Program-made: the position numbers and the translations under genes | Part shown: in pieces, positions 36,739 through 51,700 of the stretch | Position numbering within the stretch: the first letter of the stretch is position 1 | Layout: each line of letters starts with the position of its first letter | Notes under the pieces: generated by a model | Database searches by the model: none | What the model saw: the letters and a program-made list of their open reading frames with translations, nothing else | What the model was told of the DNA's origin: nothing | DNA from: Candidatus Nanoarchaeia archaeon | GTDB taxonomy: Archaea; Nanobdellota; Nanobdellia; Woesearchaeales; ARS49 | Reading direction: 5' to 3' | Assembly (NCBI GenBank): GCA_041484255.1 | Contig: JBGPHE010000001.1 | Coordinates: 6,240 to 70,239 of the forward strand | Length of the DNA: 64,000 bases

Positions 36739-39700
36739 ATGGGGGACATGGGCAGAAACAGACGAGGGGTGGTGTCTGAACGGACGCTTATTGGCATTGT
36801 GCTACTTGCAGGGCTGCTCGGCATCGGCGTGATGCTCTGGGCGACGGGAATCGTCTCCTTTGCGCAGCAGCACGGCGTCACCGGCAGCGCGGTCGCGTCC
36901 ATCACCGGCCTCGCAGCGGATGATCTCGAAACGCAGCCGTCATTCACGGCCACGCCCGCTCCGAACACGGCGCCTATCTATAGAGGCCCTGCCAGCTTCA
37001 GCACGCCGCAGGACACAGCACTCACGATTGACTTGTCGCAGTACTTCTCCGATGCGGAAAACGACGAACTCACCTTCATCGCGTCGTCCGAAGACGTCAT
37101 CGCAGTCGCCATCGACGGCAACGCGCTCACGCTGACGCCTGCGGCAGGCTTCGCGGGCGAGCGTTCGCTGACCGTCATCGCGTCAGACGGCGTCAACCTC
37201 GCGCGCACGCCGGTCAAGATTGTCGTGGAAGGCACGCAGGCCACGCCGCCTGCACCGCAGCAGGAAGCTCCTGCGCCTGTGGAGCAGCCGCCCGCGACCA
37301 ACGAGTCCGCAGCGAACGAGACGCCGTTCAATACGCAGGAAGAAGAATTCACCAATCCTGTATTCAACACGCAAGTCACGAGCATCAGCGCCTGCACGAA
37401 CATCAGCACGCCGGGCGAGTACGCGCTCAGCACCGACCTCTCGCGGAACATCACCTGCATCGTCATCCAGACAGACAACGTGAGCTTCAGCTGCGCAGGC
37501 CACACTATCACCTGGGACACGCAAGGTCTGCGAAACATCTCAGGCTTCACGAGCTTCATCTCCGCGATCAACATCAACAAATCAGGCAGGACGCTCTTCA
37601 ATGTCACAGTCAGGGACTGCCGCCTGATCGACGGCACTGTCGGCGGATTCAACGACCACGCGATCGTGCTGCAGGACACGAACGATTCGCTCATTTTCAA
37701 CAACACCCTCGTTGCATCCGGCGAGACGTCGCTGGGAATTGAGATTGTTCGGACGGGAAACATCAACATCTCAAGCAACCGCATCAATGCGTCGTCGTTC
37801 GGAGGCGCTCAGGCGATCGCCAACGCGATCCAGTTCAATCTTTTCAGCAATAATGTCAGCATCTCCGACAATGACATCCGCGGATTCCTTTCCGGCAGCG
37901 GAATCAGGACGGTCGGCGTGATGGTTGACGCGACCTCGAATCCCCACGATGTGGAAGTCGTCGGGAACAGTATCACCGTCAACTCGACCGGTGGAAGCGC
38001 AACCTCAACAGGGATGAACGGCGTCACCGGCTTCGGCACATTCCTCAACGCGACCAACAATGACGTGCAGGCGTTCGGCTCAGGACCGAGCGGCGTGCTG
38101 GCAAATGGGGCGTTCTTCAACCGCATCCTCGCGCGGGGTTCCACCGCAGAGGGTCTGCGTGTCGGAGAGCTTGCAGACTCCAATAATATCACTGTGAATG
38201 GCAGCACCACTGGCGCGCTCGTGGGGTTTAACGGCAACTCGACATACAGCAACAACCGGCTCATCGCGACCGGCAGCTGGATATATACTTCCTTGAACGG
38301 GAACACTACTTTCATCAACACCACGTTTGTCAACGCAAATGGCACCCTCCTGTTCTACAATTTCTACATTGATGATGTCGTCATTGTCCAGCAGAGCGAC
38401 CTCAATACCACCATCAACCACGCCTATGTGAACAGCGTCGACTTCCCGTTCCTGAACACGAGCGCGGAGATCTTCCTGCAAGGATTCAATCTCACGAACA
38501 ACAAGCCCGTGGTCGACTACACGGACACCAACCACTTCCAGGGCTGCCCGGACACCTGCACGCTGCTCGAGACGGGCGACAACTTCATCCGCTTCACCGT
38601 CACGCACTTCACGACCTACTCGTCTTCGGACCTGGTCCTGCTGCTCGAAAAGTCCGACAGCACCGACCCGGTGCGCATCGGCTCGCTGTTCAATTACAGC
38701 GTCGCCGTGAGCGTGCTGAACGGCAACGCGAACAATGTCACGCTCACCGACCTGTACCCGCTTGAAGTTGTCTTCAATTCCTCGCAGCCTGACCCGATCG
38801 ACGGCACGAACGACACGTTCATCCTGGGCAACCTGACCGAGAACACGACGTTCATAGTGAACATCACGGTGCAGTCGCTGACGAACGATTCAGGCATCGT
38901 CAACGTCACCAACGGCACCGTCATCAACAACACCGTGAACATCACGTTCCAGAACGACACGAGCGACGTGTTCACGCTGAACGACACCGAGGAGACGACG
39001 CTCGTTGAGGCGACCGAGAACTTCGAGCCGCTCTCGGACTGCGCAGTCATCAATACCAGCTCGTTCCTGACGACGAGCGTTTCGGGCACGGGCACGTGCA
39101 TCACCATCGGCAATAACAGCATCACGCTGGAATGCGCAGGGAACACGATAACGTATGCGACAACAGGCCCGGGAAGCGCTATTTTCGCGGAAGACAAGTA
39201 TAATTTCACGGTGCGGAACTGCACGCTCGTGCTCGGCGACCTCAACAGGCTCTCCCTGTATGACTCGCCAGCCATCAACGCGACGAACACCACGAGCGGA
39301 GTCAACAACCGTATCGACGGCTCCTCGTTCCGCCTGCTCAATTACTTCTACCAGGACGGTTTGCCGCAGCAGAACTGCGGCGACCTCTCATTGAATGACT
39401 CAGCCTTCACCGGCAACGCCACGTGCACGAACATCACCTTTGTTGCGCGGGCGCGTATCAGGGTGAACTCGACCGCGGTCTCCAACAACTCAATCGCGTT
39501 TATCACGGACAACTTCCTGCTCGGGGTGCGCGCGTTCATCAACGCGAACGGCACCGGATACCCTGGAGGCGCGGATGGTAATGCGAACGGCTCCGGCCCC
39601 GGAGGCGGCATCGACCCGGTCAGTATCAATCGCGGCGGCGGCGGCGCAGGACACGGCGGAATCGGCGGCCAGAGCAATGTGCCGCAGGGCGCAGGCGGAA

Positions 39701-42700
39701 GGCCGTACGGCAGCTCCCTGAGCCCGATGACGCCCGGCAGCGGCGGCGCAACCGGTGACGGCGGCACCCACACCGGCGGAAACGGCGGCGGCGCGGTCTC
39801 CATCTTCGGCCAGAACGTCGTGCTGAACGGTGTCATCAGTGCGAGCGCAGGCAATGGGTCTGACGGCACCAATTCCGGCGGCGGCGGCTCGGGAGGAAGC
39901 ATCCTCGTGGTCGCAAATACGCTCTTCGGAAACGGCAGCTTCACTGCGCGCGGCGGCTTCGGCGGCAATGACCAAAGCACAGGAATCCAGTCCGGCGGCT
40001 CGGGCTCGGGTGGCCACATCGCAGTGAAGTTCAACACGAGCACGATGAATATCACGAGCGCGCACGCGCCCGGAGCGGAGAACGTGACCGCATTGGTCAA
40101 TCTCGGACAGCCGGGAACGGTCGGTTTCCTGGACATGGACGACAGCATCCTGTCCATCACTGAAGGCTGGAGATGGTCCAGCGAGGACGCGGCAGTCTGG
40201 AACTACACCGTCATCAACCTCACGAACGCGTACACGCACACGAACGAGAGCACGGTGAACATCACCGCAGTCCTGATTGTCCTGCACAACGCGAGCATCA
40301 GCAAAGAGAACGTGACCACCGGCATCGACGTCAATGTCTCCCTCACCATAAGCGCGGAGAATTTCGTGATGGACCCCTCGGAGATTGACGGAGCAGTCAT
40401 CAATATCACCGCAGGGAACTTCACGCTGGGCGCAGACTCGCTCATCAATGCGACCGGCACGGGCTTTGAAGGCGGTTTCAATGGCAATTCGAATGGTTCC
40501 GGTCCCGGAGGCGGCATCGATCCGGTCAACTTCAACCGCGGCGGCGGTGGAGCGGGCCACGGCGGCATCGGCGGCCAGAGCAATGTCGTCCAGGGCGCGG
40601 GCGGCAGGCCGTACGGCAGCGCGCTCAACCCGTTCACCTTTGGAAGCGGCGGGGGAACCGGCGAAAGCGGCAACCACCCAGGCGGAAACGGAGGCGGCAT
40701 CGTCATTATCAGCGCGAGCCACATCATTCTCAATGGCACCATTAATGCAGACGGCGGCAATGGGTCTGACGGCACCAATTCCGGCGGAGGCGGCTCGGGC
40801 GGCTCCATCAATATCATCACCGATGCGCTTGAGGGCAGCGGCAACCTGAGCGCGCGCGGCGGCTATGGCGGATGGGACCAGAGCACAGGCATCCAAGCCG
40901 GCGGCTCGGGAGCGGGCGGCCACATCATCGCGCGGTTCAATGCCAGTACGTTCCCGGTGACCAACGCGCACGTCGAACAAACAGAGAACGTCTCCGGGCT
41001 GGGCTTCTTCAGCCAGCCGGGAACGCTCGGCTTCATCGACATCGACGACGACATCCTCACGATTGTAGAAGGCTGGCGATGGACAAGCGAGGACACGGAC
41101 GTCTGGAACTTCACCGTCATCAACCTGAGCAATGCGTACACGCGCACGAACGAAAGCGCCGTGAGCGTCGATGCGCTGCGGTTCACGCTGGAGAACTCGT
41201 CGATCACCCAGGAAAACCTGACCTTCGGCATCCACGTGAACACGACATTCAGCGTCAATGCGAGCGTGGTGCTGATGAACCGCTCGCTCATCGTCAACCT
41301 GACGGTTGTGAACATCACCGCGGCGGACGTCACCATCCTCGAAGACGCAGCCATCAACCTGACCGGCACGGGCTTTGAGGGTGGCTTCAACGGCAACTCC
41401 AACGGCTCAGGTCCCGGTGGAGGCATCGACCCGGTTAACTTCAACCGCGGCGGCGGTGGAGCGGGCCACGGAGGCATCGGCGGCCGGAGCAATGTCGTCC
41501 AGGGCGCAGGCGGCAGGCCGTATGGAAGCTCGCTCAACCCGCTCACCTTGGGCAGCGGCGGGGGAACCGGCGAAAACGGCAACCACCCTGCAGGAAACGG
41601 CGGCGGCCTCGCCATCATCAGCGGCACACGCGTGAATATCAGCGGAACGGTAAGCGTGGACGGCGGCAATGGAACTGACGGCACCGATTCCGGCGGCGGC
41701 GGCTCAGGAGGAAGCATTTTCATCACCGCAGACTCCTTTGACGGCACCGGCGGATTGCTCTCGAGCGGCGGCTTCGGCGGCTGGGACCAGAGCACAGGCA
41801 TCCAGTCCGGCGGTTCGGGCGCGGGCGGACACATCATCGCGCAGTTCAACACCAGCACGTTCCCCATCGCCAACGCGCACGTCACCGGAACGGAAAACGT
41901 CAGCGCGCTGGTCTTTTACAGCCAGCCCGGAACGCTCGGATTCATTGATATCGATGACGATACGCTCACGATTTCAGAAGGCTGGCGCTGGACAAGCGAG
42001 GACACAGACGTCTGGAACTTCACCGTCATCAATGTGACCGACGCGTTCACCCGTTCGAATGACAGCAGCGTGACTATCTCCTCAGGCACGCTCACGTTCA
42101 CCAATGCGTCGTTCACGCAGGAGAACCTGACGGTCGACTACCAGCTCAACCTGACGCTCAGCGCCGCCGCAGACACCATCGCGCTGAACAATTCGCTCAT
42201 CACCAACCTCACACAGGTGAACCTCAGCGCAGGCAACCTGAGCGTGCAGGATGATGCAGTCATCGCCGTCGTCGGGACAGGATTTGCCGGCGGCGCAATC
42301 AGCCAGAACGGTTCCGGACCGGGCGGTGGCGTCATCAATGACGGCTTCACGCGCGGCACCGGCGCAGCACACGGCGGCAAGGGAGGACAGCCGGCAGGAG
42401 GAATCATCACGGTCGCGCGCGGCCCGTACGGAAGCACACTGAATCCTGACACGCTCGGTTCGGGAGGCTCGGGAAGCGCGCAGACGCCCGGCGGCTCAGG
42501 CGGCGGCGTCATCTTCATCAGCGCGGCGCGCGCAAGCATCAACGGCACGCTCAACGCGGACGGCGCGAACGGCACGGACGGATCAAGCGTCAACACCGGC
42601 GGAGGAGGCTCGGGAGGCAGCATCGCCATCGTCGCAGGAATCTTTGAAGGCACCGGCACCATCACTGCCCGCGGAGGAAACGCAGGAACGTCGTTCTTCG

Positions 42701-45700
42701 CGGACGCGTCAAGCGGCGGAGCAGGTGGAGGACGCATCATCGTGCGGTTCAATACCAGCACGTTCCCCGTCGCGCAGGCGTCCGTGGCCGGCGGCCAGAA
42801 CGGAAGCGGATCATCGTCAACGGGCGAGCCCGGAACGCTCGGCTTCCTCGACATCGACAACGACATCCTCACCGTTGTGGAAGGCTGGCGCTGGCAGAGC
42901 GACGACAAGAGCATTTGGAACTTTACCATCATCAATATCACCGACGCGCTCACGCGCGCAAATGACACCACGCTGAACTTCTCCGTGGGAACGCTCGTGA
43001 TGAGCAACGCCACCCTGCGCGCGGACAACGCGAGCGGCAACATCACACTCTTCATCAACATCTCCGCGGCCAATGTCTCGCTCCTGGATGGCGCGTTCAT
43101 CCTGCTGAACGGCTCGGGCTTTATGGGCGGCGCAATCAGCCAGAACGGTTCCGGACCGGGCGGCGGCGTCATCAATGACGGCTTCACGCGCGGCACGGGC
43201 GCATCCCATGCAGGCAAGGGAGGACAGGCGGCAGCAGGAATCATCTCGGTCGTGCGCGGCCCGTACGGCAGCTCATTGAATCCTGACACGCTCGGAAGCG
43301 GAGGCTCGGGAAGCGCGCAGACGCCCGGCGGCTCGGGCGGCGGAACGATCGCAATCAGCGCCGCGCGCGTGAGCGTCAACGGATCCATCATTGCCGATGG
43401 CGTGAACGGCACATCTGGCTCGAGCGTCAACACCGGCGGAGGAGGCTCGGGCGGCTCCATCAACATCATCACCGGCATCTTCGAGGGCAATGGCACGCTC
43501 AGCGCGCGCGGAGGCGATGCGGGAGTGTCGTTCTTCGCGGACGCGTCCAGCGGCGGAGCAGGCGGCGGACGCATCATCGTGCGCTTCAACACCAGCGCAT
43601 ATTTCCTTTCGCGCGCGGCAGTGACCGGCGGGGAGAACGGAAGCGGGAGCTCCTACCGGGGCCAGCCGGGAACGCTCGGATTCTATGACGTTGACGATAA
43701 CGTGCTCACCCTGCAGGAGGGCTGGAGATGGGAGCAGGAGGACGAGCCGATGAGCTTCGGCAATGTCACGACAAACCACACGCTCATCTTCAGCAACGCG
43801 ACCGTGCTCGTGACGGACACGTTCCGCGCAAACCGCATCAACTGGAGCGCGGACGAGAACCAGACGACGGTGTTCAACACGTCGCGCCTCATCATCGGCA
43901 ACTCGAGCGTGAACGCAACGGGAAGGCTCGTGTTCATTTACAGCAGCCAATTCAACGACAGCAACACGCTGTATCTCCAGGGCGCAAACTTCTCGCTGGA
44001 AAACCAGACCGTCGCGCGCGTCTCGTGGACCGAGTTCAGCGCGAACGTCGGCAACATCAGCGCGCGGACGCGGCTGCAGACGCGCAGGGCCTTCGTGAAC
44101 GCGACCGGCATGCAAGGCATGAACACGACGGCGAACATCACGTTCTTCGGTGTGAACTTCGGCACGCCCAAGGCGCAGGTCGACCTCGCGGACACCGGAA
44201 CGTTCGTGAACTGCGTGCCGTTCATCAACCCGTTCTGCACCACGCAGAGCTATGCGGACAATGTCTTCACGTTCAACACCTCGCACTTCACCACCTATAC
44301 TGTCGTGGAAGGAGGCGTTTCGCTTGCCCTGACCAAGACCGATACCCCTGACCCTGTGTTTGCAGGCAACACGCTGAGCTATGCAATACTGCTCAACCTC
44401 ACCGCGCAGGACGCGTTCAATGTCACGCTCACCGACATCTATCCCAACCAGACTATTTTCGTGAGCGCAGAGCCGTCGCCCATCAGCGGAACGAACAACA
44501 CATTCATCGTGGGCAACCTGACTGAGAACGATACGTTCATCATCAACATCACCGTCATGGTGCGTTCGGATACGTCGAACGGCATCGACATCAACAACAC
44601 GGCAAACATCAGCTTCCAGAACAGCACCGGCGCGATGTTCACGGCAAATGTCACGGAAAGCACGCACGTGGTGACGTCCAACAGGCCCGTCATCGCGCAG
44701 GTCATCCTGAACACGACAGATGTCACGCTGAACGACACCAACCAGAACCTGACCCTGTTCATCATCAACGCGACCGACGCGGACGATAACACCGTCTGGA
44801 ACATCACCGACTTCCGCAGGAACAACATCAGCATCGCGGTCGTGAACTACGCGTTCGAGACCAATATCAGCACGGTCTCGGCAAGCGTCCGCGACTACAG
44901 CACGTACAGCGCGAACGGCACGCTGGGCACTGCAGGCCAGAATCCCACGTGGAACCTCTCGGGACCGCTGGGCGGCGCGTACTACTTTGACGGCAATGAC
45001 TTCATCACCGCACCTGCGACCGCGCCGACCCTCCCGCTGACGTTCGAATTCTGGGTGAAGCCAGCGACGAGCAGCCCTGTCGGCATCTTCGACACTGCGC
45101 CTGGCTCGGGCGGCGTGCTGCGCAACTTCCCCGGTGGAGTGATTGAATGGCACGGCGGCGACCCCACGCTCGCCCTTGACGTGGTCGGCGGCAACTGGTA
45201 CCACATCGTGCTTATCTTCAGCTTTGACGGCGCACGGCACATCACGTATTACCGCAACGGCACGTTCATCGCGACCGCCAATGGCAGCGCGAGCAGCGGC
45301 TTCGCGTGGACGACGATGCGGCTGGGCGACATCAACAACGGCGGCGCAGGAACGTATACTGGCGAGATGAGCGAATTCCGCGTCTACAACCGCTCGCTCA
45401 CCGCATCAGAGATCGAACAGCTGTACATCGAGGGCGTCGCAGGAAGGCACCCGCAGATCATCACCCGCGGCAACACCGTCGCAGGCGATGTCTGGCAGGC
45501 CTGCGCCACGCCGAACGACAACAACCTCACCGGAAGCAGCGGCGATGGCACGACTGTCTGCAGCAACAACGTCACCATCAACAGCGTGCAGACGGTCGCG
45601 CCGGTCATCGCGCAGGTCATCCTCAACTCGACCGACCCGAGCAAGAACGACACCAGCCAGAATCTCACCTTGTTCGTCATCAACGCGACCAGCGCCAGCA

Positions 45701-48700
45701 ATGCTGCGGTGCGGAACATCACCGACTTCCGCAGGAACAACGTGAGCATCGCAGTCGTGAACATGCCGTTCGAGACCAATGTCACCAGCGTCGCGACCGG
45801 ACTCATTCGCGACTACGGGACCTGGGGCAACAACGGCACGCTGGGCGGCGGCACCGCGGCGAACGCCCCGCTCTGGAACAACTCCGGCAAGGTCGGCGGA
45901 GACTATGTCTTTGACGGAAGCAACGACTTCATCTCACTCACCGAGCCGCCTGCGGGCTCCACCAACCTCGCCAACGGCAGCGTCTTTGCGTGGATACGCA
46001 CGGCAAACGCGGGCGCGAGCTACCGCGGCATCGTGATCAAGCAGGACGCCTATGGTATGTTCCTGCTGGACAATGTGTTCATCATCCACGACTGGAACGC
46101 CGCGGCCGACCGCACCACGGGCATCAATGTCGCGGACGGCGAATGGCACCTGGTCGGCTTCACGTTCCAAAGCGGGGTCGCGGGCGGCACCAAGCTGTCC
46201 ATCGACGGCCAGATCAACCTGACCACAACACTCACCATCAACTCGCAGAGCGAGGGAATCGTCATCGGCGCAGGAGACAACCCCGGCACCCTCCAGTTCT
46301 TCGGCGGCCAGATTGACGAAGTGATGGTCTTCAATGGCACGCTCACCCCGACGCAGATAAGCCAGCTCTACCAGGACGGCATCCAGAACAAGAGCCTGGA
46401 CGTGATCACCGCGGACGAGCTCGCGGCAGGCGATGTCTGGCAGGGCTGCGCAACTCCGAACGACAACATCAGCGACGGCAACACCACCTGTAGCAACAAC
46501 GTGACCATCCTTGCGGTACAGAACGGCACGAATGTCGCGCCAACCATTGCGCAAGTCATCCTGAACACGACGAACCCGTTGCTGAATGACACGAACCAGA
46601 ACCTGACCGTCTTCATCATCAACGCGACGGACGCGAATGGCGATGCAGTGCAAAACATCACGGACTTCCGCACGAACAACTTCAGCATTGCCTTGCTGAA
46701 CATGCCGTTCGAGACGAACGTCAGCTCCGTGAGCGCGCGCGCGATCAGGGACTACTCCACCGATGAGGCAAATGGAACGCTCGGCAATGGCGCCGCAGGA
46801 CAAGCGCCCGTCTGGGACACGCAGTGCAAGGTTGGCGGATGCTACCAGTTCGACGGAACCGACGACTATATTGATGTCGGCAACGAAAGCCTCTTCGACA
46901 TCGAATTCAATCAGCCATTCACGCTTTCCTCCTGGATAAACACCACGAACAGCGCGAACGACGACTTCATCATCGCAAAGGAAGAGAACAGCGGAAACTT
47001 CAGGGGATACTACTATTTGATTGACAACGGAGCGGGCGGTGTTATCAACTGCCTCATTGAGAGCAGTGCCGCCAATCTCATTCAAGTGCGAGGCTCCACC
47101 GTCGTGCGCGACGGCAGCTGGCACAATGTCGTCTGCGCATATAACGGCTCAGGGACCGCGGCAGGAGTGACTCTCTACGTTGACGGCAACCTCGAGTCGA
47201 TGACGACCGTGAGCGACAACCTTGCAGGCAACACCATTCTGAACAATGTCGATGTCACCATCGGCTCACGGGCTTCGGCAGGAGTGCCGCTCCAGGGACG
47301 CGTCGACGAGGCATACATCTTCAACCATTCGCTCTCTGCCGCGCAGGTCAAGCAGCTCTACCTCGACGGCAACGCGAGCAAGCACGTGATGACGATCGTG
47401 CAGCCGGAAACGCAGGCAGGCGACATCTGGCAGGCCTGCGCCACACCTAATGACAACCTCACGGACGGCAACACGACGTGCAGCAACAACGTGACCATCT
47501 TCGCGCAGCAGAACTCGACCTACAGCCCGCCGACCATCGCGCAGGTCATCCTCAACACCACGAATGTCTCCCTCAATGACACCAACCAGAACCTGACCGT
47601 CTTCATCATCAACGCGACCAGCGCCCAGAATTACTCCGTGCAGAACATCACGGACTTCCGCCGCAATGCGACAAGCATCGCAGTCATCAACCTGCCGTTC
47701 GAGACGAACGTCACGAACGCGACGCTGGGGAACGGCATCCGCGACTACAGCTCGTTCAACAACAGCGGCACGCTTGGCGGCGGAACGCAGGCGAACGCGC
47801 CGGTCTGGAACGCGACAGGCCAGATTGGCGGCTACTATGACTTTGACGGCACGAACGATTTCATCCAGTTCAACGACTCGCCCTCGCTGAGCATCGCAGG
47901 AAGCGCGCTGACCATGGAAGCATGGGTGCAGACGCCGGAATCGGCGCCGGCATTGTTCGACAGGATCGTGGTGAAAGAGGTCAACACAAACGCAGATCCG
48001 TTCATCAGGTATGCACTGTATCGCACCGGCGGCACAAACACAGTGAAATTCGGCGTTTCCACCGGCGGCGCAGGAACGATAGGCCAAGTCACAAGCAACT
48101 TCAGCATCCCGCTGAACACGTGGTTCCATATGGTGGGAACGTACGATGGCGCGAACCTGCGGCTGTACCTCAACGGCGAGCTGAACAACACCGTGGCAAA
48201 TACCGGCGCAATCGCCACGAGCACGACGCCGCTCGTCATCGGCGGCAACACGGAAATCAGCGACGAGTTCTTCAACGGCTTCATCGACGAAGTGCGCGTC
48301 TACAACCGCACGCTGACGCCCGACCAGATCAGGCAGGACTACCAGGCAGGCGTCGCGCACCACCAGCCGCTCATCATCGCGAGCAACGAGACCATTGCAG
48401 GAGATATCTGGTCTGCGTGCGCCACGCCGAACGACAACATCAGCGACGGCAACACGACGTGCAGCAACAACGTGACCATCACTGCGGTGCAGAACAACAC
48501 CGTGTTCAACCTGAGCAATGTCACGCTCACGAAGCTGGACAGCCCTGACCCGGTGAACGCGAGCAGCAACCTCAGCTATACTATTATTATCAACGCGACC
48601 GCTGACTCGCCGGCGAACATCACGCTGACCGACACTTACCCTGCGCAAGTCATCTTCCTGGACTCGCAGCCCAGCCCGCTGGCAGGAACCAACAACACGT

Positions 48701-51700
48701 TCATAGTGGGCAATCTGACCGAGAACAACACATTCATTGTCAATATCACTGTGTTGGTGCTGAATGTGACGAACGGCACCGTCATCAACAACACGGCGAA
48801 CATCAGCTTCCACAACCAGACCGGCTCACAGGTCGCCGTGACTGCGACACAGAGCACGACCGTGCTCGCTGCCCCGAACGCCACGTTCAACTCGAGCAAT
48901 ATCAGCGTCGTCAAGACCGACTTCCCCGATCCGGTCGAAAACGGCTCGCAATTGAGCTACACGATCGCGGTCGCGAGCAATGGCAACGGCACGGCGTACA
49001 ATGTGACCGTGAACGACACGTATCCGCCGCAGGTCGTCTTTGATAGTGCCCAGCCAAGCCCGCTCGCAGGAACGAACAACACATTCATCCTGGGCAACCT
49101 CACCGCGGGAACGAACATCCTCATCAATATCACGGTAAACGTCTCCGGCAGCGTGCCGAACAACACACTCATCAATAACACGGTGAATGTGACGTTCCAG
49201 AACGAGACCAGCGACGTCCTGAGCCGCATTTCGACGGCAAGCACGCAAGTCATCGTAATCATCAGCACGCTGACCGGCTGCCCCGTGACCATCAATGAGA
49301 CCACGACACTGACGCAAAGACTGCAGAGCAATAGCTCGTGCATCACGTTCGGCACGGACAACATCTCGCTGGACTGCTCGGGCTTCAGCATCGGCGGCAA
49401 TTACTCCGGCAACGGCATCTCCGCAACGAACCGGCTGAACATCAGCATCAGGAACTGCTTCATCGAGAACTTCACGACCAACATCATCCTCCAGGGAACG
49501 AACCGGAGCACGGTCGCCAGCAACATCGCGCGCAACTCCAGCCAGCAGAGCATGGAAATCCAAACCAGCGCGCACGACTCCATCGAAAATAACACTGCAC
49601 AGAGCAGGACGAACGTCGGCATCAATGTCACGACGGGAATAAACGTCACGCTGGCGAACAACAACGGGACGTCTGTCTCGGGCGTGGGCATCAGCATCGA
49701 CACGGGAAGCGTCAACAATACGCTCACCAACAACAACGGAACCAGCACGTCAGGACAGGGCATCTTCCTGTCGTCAGCGTTCAACAACACGCTCAGGAAC
49801 AACAAGGCAACCACTGCAGGCGCGCCTTCTGCGCTCCAGCTGTCAAGCAGCAACGGCAATCTGCTGGTGAACAACAGCGGAATCCATACGGGCTCAGGCG
49901 CGGGAATCGCAATCTCTGTCAGCGACTACAACGTGCTGGTGAACAACACCGGAATCGGCAACCAAGGCATTGCGCTTGGGGACATAAACTCAGACTGGAA
50001 CAATTTCACGAACAACATCGGCCAAGGAACGAGCTTGGGCGCGAGTGTCAGCGCGAGCCAGAACAACACGTTCGTCAATAACACGTTCGCGACAAACACG
50101 GGAACAAGCATTACGCTGGCAGGCCTTGCAGGCACTGCCGCACTCAACAACACGTTTACGAATACGACGCTGTTGACTAATGGGACGTGGTTCTCTACGA
50201 ACGGCGACGGCCTGAACAATTCGTTCACCAACACTGTGTTTGTCAGCTTCAACGGCACCATCCGCATCCTGCCGACCGTGCAGCTGCCCAACGCGACCAC
50301 GGTGGACGTCCGACAGCTGAATGTCTCGTTCAACCGTGCGCACCTGAACTCGAGCAACCTGTCCTTCCTCAATACGACCGGCCAGATCACGCTCACGGGC
50401 GCCGTGAGCAACCAGCCGCTCGTTGACTTCGAGGACGACAACACGTTCACGCTCTGCGACGCAAGCATCTGCACCGTGCAAAGCTTCGCAGGCGGCGCGC
50501 TCATCTTCAACGTGACGCACTTCACGACGTACTCGTCGACCGCGGGCAACTCCAACTTGACGCTCACGAAGACTGACTCGCCAGACCCGGTCAATGCGAG
50601 TAGCAACCTGAGCTACCAGATTTCGGTCAATGTCACGTCCGACAGTCCGAGCAACATCACGCTGACTGACCAGTATCCTGCGCAGGTGATCTTCCTGACC
50701 GCGCAGCCGTCGCCCATCACGGGAACGAACGACACGTTCATCATCGGTAACCTGACGAACGGAAGCTCGTTCAGCGTCAACATCACTGTGCTCGTGCTGA
50801 ACGTGACGAACGGCACCGTCATCAATAACACGGCGAACATCAGCTTCCAGAACGCGTCCGGAGTCACGTTCTTCGCGACCGTGACCGAGAACACAACGGT
50901 GCGCGCACAGGTAATCCAATTCAACCTCACGAATGTCACGCTGACCAAGACCGACTCGCCCGACCCGGTCAACGCGAGCGGCATCCTGAACTATACTGTA
51001 ACGGTGAATGCGACCGCGGACTCGCCTGCGAACATCACGCTGACTGACCAGTACCCTGCACAAGTCATCTTCTTGAGCGCCCAGCCTTCACCGCTTGCAG
51101 GAACGAACAACACGTTCATTGTGGGCAACTTGACCGCGGGCCAGGCGTTCATCGTGAACATCAGCGTGCTCGTGCTGAACGTGACCAATGGCACGATTAT
51201 CAATAACACTGCCAATATCACCTTCACCAACCAGACCGGAAGCGTGCTGACGCTCAACGCGACACAGTCGACGACTGTGCTTGCGGCCGGCAACGCCACG
51301 TTCAACAACAGCAACATCTCGGTCACGAAGATTGACGCTCCTGACCCGGTGAACACGAGCGCGCAGCTGAACTACACCATCAACGTGACGAGCAATGGCA
51401 ACGGAACCTCGTACAATGTGACTGCGAACGACACATACCCTGCGCAAGTCATCTTCTTGAGCGCCCAGCCGACGCCGCTGGCAGGAACCAACAACACCTT
51501 CATCCTAGGCAACCTGACCGCAGGCCAGAGTGTCCTGATTAACGTGACCGTGCTGGTGCTCAACATCAGCAACGGCACGCTCATCAACAACACCGTGAAC
51601 GTGACATTCCAGAACGAGACCAGCGCAGTGCTCAGCAGGATTGCGAGCACGAGCACGCTGGTCATCAACCTCACCTTCACGCCGCTCTTCAACGCGAGCA

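Noticed and set aside
39490-45240. Multiple long minus-strand ORFs (581, 340, 484 and 655 aa) inside giant gene 3
   Set aside because: They arise because the Gly/Ala/Asn-rich repeat codons (GGC, GCC, AAC) lack stops on the antisense strand; their translations are Arg/Ala/Val low-complexity. The sense strand carries coherent domain motifs.
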